Positions 17,766-27,494 of a stretch of 64,000 bases of DNA are shown one piece after another (the first letter of the stretch is position 1; every line of letters begins with the position of its first letter). Both the position numbers and the translations under genes were made by a program. Location of the stretch: positions 5,108-69,107 of the forward strand of contig JBBSCG010000004.1 of NCBI GenBank assembly GCA_038250515.1, written 5' to 3'. The notes under the pieces were generated by a model. It was not told where the DNA came from. It searched no databases and saw only the letters and a list, made by a program, of their open reading frames with translations. Origin of the DNA: Candidatus Limnocylindria bacterium (GTDB taxonomy: Bacteria; Chloroflexota; Limnocylindria; QHBO01).

Positions 17766-18311
17766 CTACGCTAGCAGGCGCCCCGCCATGATGGCGACCG
17801 CCAGGCCGATGCCGCCGGGTGCCAGCACTCGTCGAAAGCGCGACGGCAACCGGGCGAGCGGCGGTGCGATGATTGAGGCGGCCAACGCGCCCGCCAGGCC
17901 CGCCGTGGCGCCGACGAACGCGTGCGCGATGGTCGGCGAGGCGGCACCCACCTGCCGCTCGCTGGTCATGATCGCGCCGACGAAGACGCTGCCGAGCGCA
18001 CCGAACAGCGCCGCGCCGAGCGTCCCGGCGAAGGCTCGCACGCGGCCGATCTGGGTGGCGCCGGTGATCACGCCGCCCAGCACCACGGCCGCCGCAATGA
18101 GCGTGCCGGGCAGGAGATCGCCGCTGTCGCGTGGCGGTGCTATCCAGAACCCGAGCAGCGCCACAATGGGTGCGGCGAGCATGCCGACCGCCGCGACCCA
18201 GGTGAGCGGCCGGGTCCAGTCCTCCGGATCCTCGGGCGGTACGACCGTACCCAGCCGCACGCTGATCGGGACGCCGTCGTCGTTATCGGGTGGCATGGCT
18301 GCCTCGGCCAT
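17766..18311 (-). CDS. Hypothetical membrane protein
   Basis: ATG overlaps the upstream stop (TAATG); about five TM helices. Confidence 0.65.
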   Translation of the reverse strand: MAEAAMPPDNDDGVPISVRLGTVVPPEDPEDWTRPLTWVAAVGMLAAPIVALLGFWIAPPRDSGDLLPGTLIAAAVVLGGVITGATQIGRVRAFAGTLGAALFGALGSVFVGAIMTSERQVGAASPTIAHAFVGATAGLAGALAASIIAPPLARLPSRFRRVLAPGGIGLAVAIMAGRLLA

Positions 18312-19588
18312 TACGCCAGCATCGCCTCGTGCTTCTCGCGCACGCTTGGAACGGTGGCCAGGCGCAGGCCAAGGATCCGCGCACCGAGCTCGCGCACCAT
18401 CCATCCACCCTCGACGCGCAGCCGTCGGTCATCGGTCTGCTCGCAGATGGCGGCCAGCGCGTGCAGCTCGGCCAGCGCGGCCGGCGTGTTCAGGTCGTCA
18501 TCCATGGCCGCCAGGAAGCGCGCGCGATGCTCGGCCACGACCGGATGCAGAGCCGCGGGATCGGCCAGTGCCGGGGCGAGCGGCTCGAGCTGCTCGGCTG
18601 AGTGACAGGCATGGCGCAACCGAGCGGCTGCCAGTACCGAGGCATCGAGGTCACCCTCGTCGAAATGGAGCTCGGAGCGGTAGTGGTGCGACACCAGGTA
18701 GTGGCGGATGGCGTCCCCGGGATACGAGGCCAGCAGGTCGCGCACCAGCACGAGGTTGCCGAGCGACTTGCTCATCTTGTCGCCCTCGTAGCTGAGCATG
18801 CCGGCGTGCATCCAGTAGCTGACGAATGGCCGTTCGCCGGTCGCTCCCTCGCTCTGGGCGATCTCGGACTCGTGGTGCGGAAAGATCAGGTCGGAGCCGC
18901 CGCCGTGGATCTCGAAGCGCTCACCGAGGTAGGTCATGCTCATCGTCGAACACTCGATATGCCAGCCAGGTCGCCCGGCACCCCAGGGCGACGGCCATGA
19001 CGGCTCGTCAGGCGCGGACGGCTGCCACAGCACGAAGTCGAGGGGATGGCGCTTGCCGGGCATGTCCGGTACGTTGCCGCGCTCGTTGGCGATCGGCAGC
19101 ATCGCCTCGCGCGCCAGCTTCGACAGCTCACCGTAGTGGCGATCGCTGTCGATGCTGAAGTAGACGCGTCCCTCGGCGACGTAGGCATGGCCCCGGTCGA
19201 GCAGCAGCCCGATCAACGCCTGCATCTCCGGAATGTGCTGCGTGGCGCGTGGGTATCGGTCCGGTGGCAGCCAGTTGAGCGCGGCCATCTCGGTCAGGAA
19301 GGTGGTGACGTGCCGGTTGCCGAGCGCCACGTAGTCCTCGCCGAGCTCGCGCGCCCTGCGCAGCAGGTCGTCGTCGACATCGGTCAGGTTCTGGACGTAG
19401 CGCACGTCGTGCCCGAGGTATTCGAGATACCGATGCAGGACGTCGAAGCTGACGTAGGTGAACGCGTGCCCCAGGTGACCGGTGTCGTATGGCGTCACGC
19501 CGCAGACGTACATGCCCACGGGCTCGCCGTGGATCGGCTCGAAGCGGACGACCTCGTCGCGGAGGGCGTCGTGGAGGCACAGTGTCAC
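18311..19588 (-). CDS. Cysteine ligase of the CysRS/MshC family (MshC-like)
   Basis: [46 protein letters not shown]. 425 aa, with no C-terminal anticodon-binding domain. Confidence 0.85.
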   Translation of the reverse strand: MTLCLHDALRDEVVRFEPIHGEPVGMYVCGVTPYDTGHLGHAFTYVSFDVLHRYLEYLGHDVRYVQNLTDVDDDLLRRARELGEDYVALGNRHVTTFLTEMAALNWLPPDRYPRATQHIPEMQALIGLLLDRGHAYVAEGRVYFSIDSDRHYGELSKLAREAMLPIANERGNVPDMPGKRHPLDFVLWQPSAPDEPSWPSPWGAGRPGWHIECSTMSMTYLGERFEIHGGGSDLIFPHHESEIAQSEGATGERPFVSYWMHAGMLSYEGDKMSKSLGNLVLVRDLLASYPGDAIRHYLVSHHYRSELHFDEGDLDASVLAAARLRHACHSAEQLEPLAPALADPAALHPVVAEHRARFLAAMDDDLNTPAALAELHALAAICEQTDDRRLRVEGGWMVRELGARILGLRLATVPSVREKHEAMLA

Positions 19589-19656
19589 GCTATGGATTCT
19601 AGAGCGGGTCGCTTTGGCGTGGGGACAGTGGACAAGCGGCCGTACAATTCGCCGCG

Positions 19657-19761
19657 ATGGAAGTCCTGCGCTGGTTTGCCGTCTTCGTCGTTGCCATCCT
19701 GCTCATGGTGGCGGGCATCTTCTGGCTGATGGGCCGTCCGCTGCCGATTCCGCACTTCTAG
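19657..19761 (+). CDS. 34-aa single-TM small protein (below the ORF-track cutoff)
   Basis: MEVLRWFAVFVVAILLMVAGIFWLMGRPLPIPHF*; TACAAT lies 8 nt upstream; the ORF fills the intergenic gap. Confidence 0.7.
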   Translation: MEVLRWFAVFVVAILLMVAGIFWLMGRPLPIPHF

Positions 19762-19766
19762 CGCCC

Positions 19767-20225
19767 CTACCAGAGCGCCGGTTTGGTGCTCATCAGGAAG
19801 CCGATGGCGCCGGTCGCCGCGGCCATGCCGTACGCCACATAGCGCTGCCGCCTGGCTCGACGCTCCCAGCTCGCGGCGTCCGTCGGAGTCTGGCCCGGCC
19901 GGATGAGGCGTCGCAGGTTTGGCCGTGAGACGAAGGCCGCGACCAGCAGGTTTGCGGCGTACAGGCTCAGCGCGACGAGCATCCACGGTTGGCTCAGTAG
20001 ACCGATTCCCAGCGTCAGCAGCAGCGCGATCCCGGTCACGGCCAACCCCAGCCCGATGAGCAGCGTCGGTCCGCCCTGCATGCGCATCAGCAGCCGCGCC
20101 CGCGTTCCCGGCTCCTCGCCGGCCGGTCTGCGGCGCAGCAGGAATGGCACGATGGCGCTCGGCGCGAGGAGCGCCATCGCCAGGCAGATGTGGGCGATGA
20201 GCAGGATCGGAAACCAAGCCGGCAT
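19767..20225 (-). CDS. DUF2269-like membrane protein
   Basis: Four TM helices with LIAHI, TGIALL, QPW and a C-terminal LMSTKP. Confidence 0.75.
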   Translation of the reverse strand: MPAWFPILLIAHICLAMALLAPSAIVPFLLRRRPAGEEPGTRARLLMRMQGGPTLLIGLGLAVTGIALLLTLGIGLLSQPWMLVALSLYAANLLVAAFVSRPNLRRLIRPGQTPTDAASWERRARRQRYVAYGMAAATGAIGFLMSTKPALW

Positions 20226-20249
20226 GTTGGGCCGGATGCTAATGCATGG

Positions 20250-20597
20250 TCACGTTCGGCGATTCGGCTTCTTCATGACGCCGACTCGCTTCAGAACGGC
20301 CGGGATGTTGACCGACCAGCCGACCCCGATCGGTTTGTCGGTGAAGATGCGGTTGCTGCTGGTGTTCCAGTAGCTGTCGCGAATGCGTTTGAAGCTCGGC
20401 AGGCGGAAGTCGTAGGGCACGAAGCCGATGAGCTTGCCCTCCCAGGTCCGCTCCGCCGGCGCCTTGCGCATCTCCCTGTAGATCGCGCCGGCCACGGCGG
20501 CCATCACGGCGGTGCGAATCAGCCAGCCGAAAGCGCTCAGCTCTTCGCCGACCGTGCCAGCGGTATCGGAAATGTCATCGCGGACTCGTTCGATCAT
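20250..20597 (-). CDS. DUF5808-like small membrane protein
   Basis: VPYDFRLP, YWN..IFTDKPIGVGWSVN; GAGGAGGAG RBS before the ATG at 20597. Confidence 0.75.
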   Translation of the reverse strand: MIERVRDDISDTAGTVGEELSAFGWLIRTAVMAAVAGAIYREMRKAPAERTWEGKLIGFVPYDFRLPSFKRIRDSYWNTSSNRIFTDKPIGVGWSVNIPAVLKRVGVMKKPNRRT

Positions 20598-20625
20598 GTG
20601 GCTCCTCCTCTTGCTGGTGCCTGAT

Positions 20626-20641
20626 CGCAAGCGCCGTGCCG
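20626..20641 (-). promoter_or_regulatory. sigma54 (-24/-12) promoter candidate
   Basis: CGGCACGGCGCTTGCG (GG-N10-GC) upstream of the DUF5808 gene. Confidence 0.6.
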
Positions 20642-20651
20642 CTCATGCGAC

Positions 20652-21872
20652 TCAGCTTGTCGGCAGCAGCGAGAGAAGTATGGCCGCATGGCCGCGGATG
20701 AGCTGGTTCCTCAGCTCGTCGGCGAGCTGGTCGAGCGTCGCGGCGAAGAGTACGTGGAAGCTGACCAGGCGCAGGTCGCCTCGAGGCGCCGCAAGATTTT
20801 CACCGCTCATCTCCATGTCCGCGCCCTCCGGGATCCGCTGCATGAATCTCGGCCTGGTGCTCGGCTGCGGGCCCGGCTCGGGCGTTGTCACGGCTGCCGC
20901 CAGCGGTTGTGGTGCGACGACGATGGGCTTTGGCTGGGGAGGTGGAGGCGGCGGTGGAGCTGCGACGCCCACCACCCCGGACTGCCCGCCGCCCGGTAGC
21001 TCGGTGACCGGTGACGCGCGCGGCGCGGGCGTGGACGTCCGAGTCGGCGTCGGCGTCGGCGTCGGAATCGGCTTCGGGCTCGCGGTGGCAATTGGCGTCG
21101 GCTTCGGCGTCGCCGCGGGGCTGCCGGATGGGCCTGTCGGCCCGGGAGTCGGGGTGGCCGTCGGAGCCGGCGTCGGAGCGGGCGTGGACCTGGCCGTCGG
21201 TACCGGCGTCGGAGCCGGCGTCGGCGAAGGAGTGGATGGAGGCGGTGCCGCCGGAGGCGCATCGGTCACGGTGATGCCGGCGTAGTAGATGGCCATGATC
21301 TGTGCCGCCGATTTCCCGTTGAGGCCGCAGGCCTGGGTGCCCCACTGGTACATCTTCCAGCCGTTCGCGTTTGCGCCACAGGCCTCGTAGGCCGATCCGG
21401 CGTTGTAGTACGTCGGAAAGATCCTGCCGTTCTTCAGCGCGAGCGTCGACCAGGTCGAATCGACGGCCGCTGCGGCGCTCGGCCAGGTCGCCCGGGACGG
21501 GTCATAGACCTGGTCGCGCGTTGTGTCGAACACGTCGAAACACTGGCCACTGCCGTCGGCCACGTAGCCGCGCCAGTGCAGCACCTGGTACCAGGCGTAG
21601 TTCTTGATGGCCAGCGCGCCCGATCGCAGCGATTCGGTCGTCCAGGAACCGATCCACTCGCGTGAGAGGACGTTCTTGACGTAGACCTTGAAGTTGACGG
21701 TGTCGACCGCGCCTGACGCCGCGCGAAAGACCCGGATGCTGGCTGGCGGTTGTGCCTCGGACGTCCAGTTGCTGCACGAGGCGGCCGCGACCGGGGCGGT
21801 GAGGCCCGGGAAGGCACCGAATGAGGCGACGAGCACGGCCAGCAGCAGGGCCGTCGCGGTGCGTCGTGGCAT
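20652..21872 (-). CDS. Secreted SpoIID/LytB-domain protein with a Pro/Thr-rich tail
   Basis: Signal peptide; YVKNVLSREW, ESLRSGALAIKNYA, DTTRDQVY, MYQWG, QIMAIYY; PT repeats. Confidence 0.85.
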   Translation of the reverse strand: MPRRTATALLLAVLVASFGAFPGLTAPVAAASCSNWTSEAQPPASIRVFRAASGAVDTVNFKVYVKNVLSREWIGSWTTESLRSGALAIKNYAWYQVLHWRGYVADGSGQCFDVFDTTRDQVYDPSRATWPSAAAAVDSTWSTLALKNGRIFPTYYNAGSAYEACGANANGWKMYQWGTQACGLNGKSAAQIMAIYYAGITVTDAPPAAPPPSTPSPTPAPTPVPTARSTPAPTPAPTATPTPGPTGPSGSPAATPKPTPIATASPKPIPTPTPTPTRTSTPAPRASPVTELPGGGQSGVVGVAAPPPPPPPQPKPIVVAPQPLAAAVTTPEPGPQPSTRPRFMQRIPEGADMEMSGENLAAPRGDLRLVSFHVLFAATLDQLADELRNQLIRGHAAILLSLLPTS

Positions 21873-21934
21873 GGGCGGGCACCGTAGCAGCGCACCTCAC
21901 CACACCGCACCCCAACGAAAGTACCGTTCGCCGG

Positions 21935-22804
21935 TCAGGCCCAGCGGTGCACGCGCTCGCGGATGCGGGTGAAGCCGAGCTCCTCGCACAGGCCGATGAA
22001 GTCCTCGCGCGGCACTCCGCGCCACTCCAGGTCGGCCAGGCTGGTGGTACCGATGTCGGAATCGGTGCTCAGCATGGCCAGCCGCCGGTAGAGCAGCGCC
22101 TCCTCGCGCTGCTCGTCGAGGGTCGCGGCCAGGCGGCTGGCGTTGCGCAGCGGTAGATCCCAGTCGAGGGCGCTCGCCGGAATGGCCTCGAGATGCCCCC
22201 AGCGCGCCAGCACGCTGGCGGCCGATTTGGCTCCCCAGCCGGGGAGGCCGGGGAATCCGTCGGCGGCATCGCCGACCAGGGCGAGGTAGTCGGGGATGCT
22301 CAGCGGCGGGACGCCCCACTTCTCGATCACGCCCGCTTCGGTGTAGGTGCGGTTGCGGATCCGATCGCGCAGCACGACCTGCTCGTCGCGAACACATTGC
22401 GCCAGATCCTTGTCGACGGAGCAGATGACGACCTGCTCGGGGTCGTCGCCGAAGCGAGCGACGGCAGTCGCGATGGCGTCGTCGGCCTCGTCGGCGACCA
22501 TCGGCCAGACGGTGATGCCGATCGTCCGCAATGCCCGCTCCGCGTCGTTGAACTGGACGAGGAGCTCCGGCGGCACGCCGGCATCGGTCTTGTAGCCGGG
22601 ATAGACATCGTTGCGCCACGAGGCGATGACGTGGTCAGTTGCGGCAGCGATATGGGTCACGTCAGGCTCGCGCAGCAGCGACAGCATCGAGTCGAGCAGC
22701 CCGTGAATGGCATTCACCGGTCGGCCGTCCGGCGCGTTCTCGGGTGGGCGCGAAAAGTGGGCGCGGAACAGCTCGAAGGTCGCGTCGACGAGGTGGAGCT
22801 TCAT
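21935..22804 (-). CDS. Stand-alone 5'-3' exonuclease (flap endonuclease, Pol I N-terminal type)
   Basis: LVDAT, EADDAIAT, SVDKDL, DYLALVGDAADGFPGLPGWGAKSA. Confidence 0.92.
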   Translation of the reverse strand: MKLHLVDATFELFRAHFSRPPENAPDGRPVNAIHGLLDSMLSLLREPDVTHIAAATDHVIASWRNDVYPGYKTDAGVPPELLVQFNDAERALRTIGITVWPMVADEADDAIATAVARFGDDPEQVVICSVDKDLAQCVRDEQVVLRDRIRNRTYTEAGVIEKWGVPPLSIPDYLALVGDAADGFPGLPGWGAKSAASVLARWGHLEAIPASALDWDLPLRNASRLAATLDEQREEALLYRRLAMLSTDSDIGTTSLADLEWRGVPREDFIGLCEELGFTRIRERVHRWA

Positions 22805-22859
22805 TGGTCTGGGCAGGATAGGCGGGGACGCGGGCATGGGCCATGCTTTGACGCACGGT

Positions 22860-22989
22860 GTGTCATCATCGAAGCTGCGCATTGCCCTCCTGGTGGCACC
22901 GATGATTCCCGCCCCGCCGCCGCCCTACGCCGGGACGGAGCGCGTGGTACGAGGCGCTGTACCGAAGGCTCGTGGACGAGCGCGGGTGA
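22860..22989 (+). pseudogene. Remnant of a GT4 glycosyltransferase (N- and C-termini only)
   Basis: LRIALLVAPMIPAPPPPYAGTERVV is joined out of frame to YEALYRRLVDERG*. Confidence 0.7.
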
Positions 22990-23131
22990 GGCCGATTCAG
23001 TAAGCCGCCAGTAAGTGGCTGGTAATGGGTGGTGTGGCACGATCGCCTCGCGGGGGAGCGGCGCGGGCGCGTGCCCTGCGATTCTCTCGGCGGCGGCCCA
23101 CTGGCGCGCCGGGAACCGCGCCGTTCCCCTG

Positions 23132-24880
23132 TTAGACGGCGAGCGGCTCGCGGTACTCCCCGTAGACGTGCCGCAGCACGCCGCACATCTCACCGAGGGT
23201 GGCGTAGGCGCGCACGCACTCGATGATGGCCGGCATCAGGTTCACGTCGCCGCGCCGCGCCTCGTCCTCGAAGCGTCGCATGGCGGCGGCGTGCGCGGGT
23301 GCGTCGCGCTCCGACCGCACGCGCGCCAGGCGTCCGAGGTGTCGCGCCTCCTGCTCGCGCGAGATGCTCAGCAGCGGGATGCCCGGCTCTTCCCCGGGGT
23401 TCGCGTACTTGGTGACGCCCACGACGTCGCGTTCATGCTCCTCGAGCTCGCGCGTCTGCTCGTAGGCGGCATCGGCGATCTCCGCCTGCGGGAATCCCTG
23501 CTCGATGGCGCGGACCATACCGCCGAGGTCGTCGATCTGGCGGATGTAGTCCCACGCCCGCTGCTCGGTCTGATTCGTGAGCGTCTCGACGAAATAGGAG
23601 CCGGCCAGCGGATCGACCGTGTTCGCGGCGCCGGACTCCTCGGCCAGGATCTGCTGCTGACGCAGTGCGATCAGAGCGGCCTCTTCCGATGGAACCGCCC
23701 ACGCCTCGTCGTAGGCATCGGTATGCAGCGATTGCGTGCCACCGAGGACGCCTGCCAACGCCTGGATGGCGACGCGGGTGAGGTTGTTGAGCGGCTGCTG
23801 GGCCGTCAATGACACGCCGGCCGTCTGGGTGTGGAAGCGCATCCAGGTGGAGCGCTCGTTCTCGGCGCCGAAGCGTTCGCGGGCGAGCTTGTACCAGATG
23901 CGACGTGAGGCGCGGAACTTGGCGATCTCCTCGAAGAAGTCGTTGTGCGAATTGAAGAAGAAGCTCAGCCGTGGTGCGAAGTCGTCGAAGCGCAGACCGC
24001 GCGCGACCGCGTCCTCGACATAGGCGATCCCGTCGGCGATGGTGAAGGCCAGCTCCTGGACGGCGGTCGCGCCGGCCTCGCGGATGTGATAGCCGGAGAT
24101 CGAGATCGTGTTCCAGCGTGGCATTTCGCGGGTGCCGAACTCGACGGTGTCGGTCACCAGCTTCAACGAAGGCGCCGGCGGGAAGATGTACTCCTTCTGG
24201 GCGATGAACTCCTTGAGGATGTCGTTCTGCAGCGTGCCGGAGAGCTGGGCGCGTGGCACACCCATCTTCTCCGCGGCAACGATGTACATCGCCCAGATCA
24301 TGGCGGCGGGCGAGTTGATGGTCATCGAGGTCGAGATGTCGGCCACCGGCAGGTCCGAGAGCAGGATCTCCATGTCCGCCAATGAGCTGACCGCCACGCC
24401 GCAGGTGCCGAACTCTCCGGCCGCCTCCGGCGCGTCGTGGTCGTAGCCGTACAAAGTCGGCATGTCGTAGGCGATCGACAGGCCGGTGCCACCGGCGGCG
24501 ATCAGCTTCTTGAAACGCTCGTTGGTGTCCTCCGCCGTGCCGAACCCGGCGAACATGCGCATCGTCCACAGGCGCCCGCGATAGCCGGTGGGATGGATGC
24601 CCCTCGTGTAGGGCGCCTCCCCGGGGAGCCCGAGATCCGCGATCTCATCCCAGCCGGCGTCACCGTCGGCCGATGCAGTGCTGAAGCGATAGCGCGGCCG
24701 TCCCCGATCGGGATCATTGGCGGGATCATGAAGGTCGGACGGCGTGTACAGCCGATCGATCTCGACACCGGACTGGGTGATGAAGCGCTGCCTGCGCTCT
24801 GGTGCCTTCTCGAGCGTCGGCTCCAGGCGCTCGGTCTGCCACTGGCGCTGGTGATCGGTCCATCGCTTGCTGTCGCTCAT
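23132..24880 (-). CDS. B12-dependent acyl-CoA mutase large subunit (isobutyryl-CoA mutase-like)
   Basis: [47 protein letters not shown]. No B12-binding domain. Confidence 0.9.
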   Translation of the reverse strand: MSDSKRWTDHQRQWQTERLEPTLEKAPERRQRFITQSGVEIDRLYTPSDLHDPANDPDRGRPRYRFSTASADGDAGWDEIADLGLPGEAPYTRGIHPTGYRGRLWTMRMFAGFGTAEDTNERFKKLIAAGGTGLSIAYDMPTLYGYDHDAPEAAGEFGTCGVAVSSLADMEILLSDLPVADISTSMTINSPAAMIWAMYIVAAEKMGVPRAQLSGTLQNDILKEFIAQKEYIFPPAPSLKLVTDTVEFGTREMPRWNTISISGYHIREAGATAVQELAFTIADGIAYVEDAVARGLRFDDFAPRLSFFFNSHNDFFEEIAKFRASRRIWYKLARERFGAENERSTWMRFHTQTAGVSLTAQQPLNNLTRVAIQALAGVLGGTQSLHTDAYDEAWAVPSEEAALIALRQQQILAEESGAANTVDPLAGSYFVETLTNQTEQRAWDYIRQIDDLGGMVRAIEQGFPQAEIADAAYEQTRELEEHERDVVGVTKYANPGEEPGIPLLSISREQEARHLGRLARVRSERDAPAHAAAMRRFEDEARRGDVNLMPAIIECVRAYATLGEMCGVLRHVYGEYREPLAV

Positions 24881-24924
24881 GCCGCCAAGTGTGCGGGCAA
24901 GACCGATGCCTCCGCAACCGACCT

Positions 24925-25848
24925 TCAGTCGACGAGGCTGGCCTCACGCTCCTCGGTGGCCGCCCGCTTCTCCTCGAAGCGCGAGGCGCTGGCGTCGAGG
25001 TGACCGAGGAAGTGCTTCAGCCGCGCTCGCGCCTGCTCCGCTCGCGGGGAGAGGCCGTCCATCTCGAAGATGCCCCAATGCCGCAGCAGCGGCCAGATGA
25101 TCTCGTCATGGTGGATGCGCAGGTCGTAGATGCCGGCCTTGGCCATCTTCGCCGCCTTGCGCGTGTACTGGGCCATGCCGGCGCCGGGCATCTGGAAGTT
25201 GATGACTTCGGCGCTCACCGCCTCCACGACGCCGGATCGATCGATCTCGGCCGCCTCCGAGAGCATGTCACGGTAAAAGACCATGTGCAGGTTCTCATCG
25301 GCGGCGATGCGGGCCATGATGCGATCCGCCACCGGGTCCGATGAATAGCGACCCGTGTTGCGGTGGCTGATGCGCGTGGCGAGCTCCTGGAAGGCGACGT
25401 AGGCCAGCCCGCGCAGCACGTTGCCTTCATCGGCGTGGCTGTAGCCGATCTGCAGCTGCTGCATGCGGGCCCGCTCAAGGGCCACCGGATCGATGTTGCG
25501 GGTGACGACCAGGTAGTCGCGCAGCACGATGGCATGCCTGCCTTCCTCGGCGGTCCATCGGTGCACCCAGTTGATCCAGGCACCGTCACCGCCCGCGAAC
25601 ATGCGGAAGATCTCGCGGTGGTAGCTGGGCAGGTTGTCCTCGGTGAGTAGATTGACCTCGAAGGCGATCTGCGCAACACCCGAGATGCGTGGCTGGTCCG
25701 GGGTCCACGGCTCCTTGTCGTAGTCGCGACCGACCGAATACGGGATGTAGTCGTGCGGAAACCATTCCCTGGCCATCCCGAGATGGCGGTTGAGGAACGC
25801 TTCAGCTCGCGGCTCGAGCTGGATGAGCAGGTCGCGGTCAGTTGTCAT
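24925..25848 (-). CDS. Soluble acyl-ACP desaturase (DesA type)
   Basis: Di-iron motifs [27 protein letters not shown]. Confidence 0.92.
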   Translation of the reverse strand: MTTDRDLLIQLEPRAEAFLNRHLGMAREWFPHDYIPYSVGRDYDKEPWTPDQPRISGVAQIAFEVNLLTEDNLPSYHREIFRMFAGGDGAWINWVHRWTAEEGRHAIVLRDYLVVTRNIDPVALERARMQQLQIGYSHADEGNVLRGLAYVAFQELATRISHRNTGRYSSDPVADRIMARIAADENLHMVFYRDMLSEAAEIDRSGVVEAVSAEVINFQMPGAGMAQYTRKAAKMAKAGIYDLRIHHDEIIWPLLRHWGIFEMDGLSPRAEQARARLKHFLGHLDASASRFEEKRAATEEREASLVD

Positions 25849-26074
25849 GGGAGCCTCAACTGGACAGAGCGCCCCGAAGTCGACGACGCGCGTGTAGTCA
25901 GTACGCTTGGCGGCAATGTTTGCATGATCCGCGCCGTAATGCTGCGCGGACGATAATCACAGGGATGCCGCAATCCTGCTGGCAAGCTCCGGCGAGATCG
26001 CACGATCAAGTCGACCACCGGATGGGCGGCCATTTGTTGCGGGGATGAGTGCGACGCTCAGCCAGCGAGCTGCC

Positions 26075-27349
26075 CTACGGGTAGAGGCCTCGCAGCTGCG
26101 TGGCTTCCGCAACACGCGCGACGGCCACCATCATCGCCGCGCTGCGCAGGTCAACACCCTTCTCCTCGCTCATGGCAACAACGTTGGCAAAGGCGTCATC
26201 CATGATGCGGTCGAGCTGCGAAGCGATCTCTGCATCGGTCCAGAAGAACGACTGCATGTCCTGCACCCATTCGAAGTAGTTGAGTACCATGCCGCCGGCT
26301 GTGCACAGGATGTCGGGAATCATCCGGACCTGGTGCTCGCGCAGGATGGCGTGCGCCTCGGGCGTGGTGGGAGCGTTCGAGGCCTCGGCCACGATCCTGG
26401 CGCGGACGCCGCTGGCATTGGCGCCGGTGATCTGGCTCTGCACGCCCGCCGAGACGAGGATGTCGCAGTCAGCCGAGAAGATGTCGGCGCGGCGCATCGG
26501 CTCCGTTTCGGGCAGCCCGGCGATGGCGTCGTGCTCGTGCACCCAGGCGACCGCCCGGTCGACGTCGATGCCGGACGGCCGAGCCACGGCGTCGCGGTCG
26601 TCGGCGATGGCGATCATTCGGCAGCCGGCTGCGCACAACATCTCGGCCAGGATGCTGCCGACGCGCCCGAATCCCTGGATCGCGACACGCGCGCCGTCGA
26701 GTGGCAGGTCGATTGCCCGCGCGCAGGCGGCGATCGTGCGAAACGCCCCTCGGCTGGTTGCCTCGCGCCGTCCGCGCGTGCCGCCGATCTCCAGTGGCTT
26801 GCCCGACACCGCGGCGGCGACCGTCTGCCCGGTGTGCATCGAGTAGGTGTCCATGATCCAGGCCATCGTCTGTGAGCCGGTATTCACGTCAGGCGTCGGG
26901 ATGTCGCGGTCAGGACCGATGAGCACGCTGATCTCCGTCGCATAGCGGCGTGTCAGACCCTCCCGTTCGTGGCGGCTGAGCGTCCTTGGATCGACGACCA
27001 CGCCGCCCGAGGCACCGCCGTACGGGATCTGCACCAGCGCGGCCTTCCAGCTGTTCAGCATCGCCTGGGCGCGCACCAGGTCGAGGGTGAGGTCCTTGGT
27101 GTAGCGGGTGCCGCCACTGGCAGGCCCACGGTTGATGTTGTGATGGACGCGGTAGCCCACGAAGCTCTGCACGTCGCCACCGTCCATCGTCACCGGGAAA
27201 TGCACCTCGAGCTCGCGCTTTGGTACGCGCAGAACGCGGCGCATGCCGTCGTCGAGGTTGAGCCGCTCCGCCGCCTGGTCGAGTGCCGCCTGTGCCGCTG
27301 CCCAGCCGCCCTGCGCGACTCGAGAGGATTCAGCCGCCTGCGAGACCAT
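26075..27349 (-). CDS. Glu/Leu/Phe/Val dehydrogenase paralog lacking two active-site lysines
   Basis: GDH fold (GYRVHH, PDVNT, GFGRVG, YFEWVQ) but RGPASGG and GGASGG. AAGGAG RBS upstream. Confidence 0.88.
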   Translation of the reverse strand: MVSQAAESSRVAQGGWAAAQAALDQAAERLNLDDGMRRVLRVPKRELEVHFPVTMDGGDVQSFVGYRVHHNINRGPASGGTRYTKDLTLDLVRAQAMLNSWKAALVQIPYGGASGGVVVDPRTLSRHEREGLTRRYATEISVLIGPDRDIPTPDVNTGSQTMAWIMDTYSMHTGQTVAAAVSGKPLEIGGTRGRREATSRGAFRTIAACARAIDLPLDGARVAIQGFGRVGSILAEMLCAAGCRMIAIADDRDAVARPSGIDVDRAVAWVHEHDAIAGLPETEPMRRADIFSADCDILVSAGVQSQITGANASGVRARIVAEASNAPTTPEAHAILREHQVRMIPDILCTAGGMVLNYFEWVQDMQSFFWTDAEIASQLDRIMDDAFANVVAMSEEKGVDLRSAAMMVAVARVAEATQLRGLYP

Positions 27350-27494
27350 GTGGGGAGTCTCCTTCCATTCGGTGCACAGCAGGCTAGCAGACGCGTTCGC
27401 TCGGTCAGATACCGTGGCAACATGGCTGCGTCCATTCAAAGCCGCGCCGGCGCACCAGCATTCGCGACCGGCGTTCGAACAACCGAGGTGAGCC

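Noticed and set aside
21040-21240. GGCGTC/GGAGCC tandem-like repeats
   Set aside because: They encode the Pro/Thr linker of the SpoIID protein and are not a CRISPR or other non-coding array.
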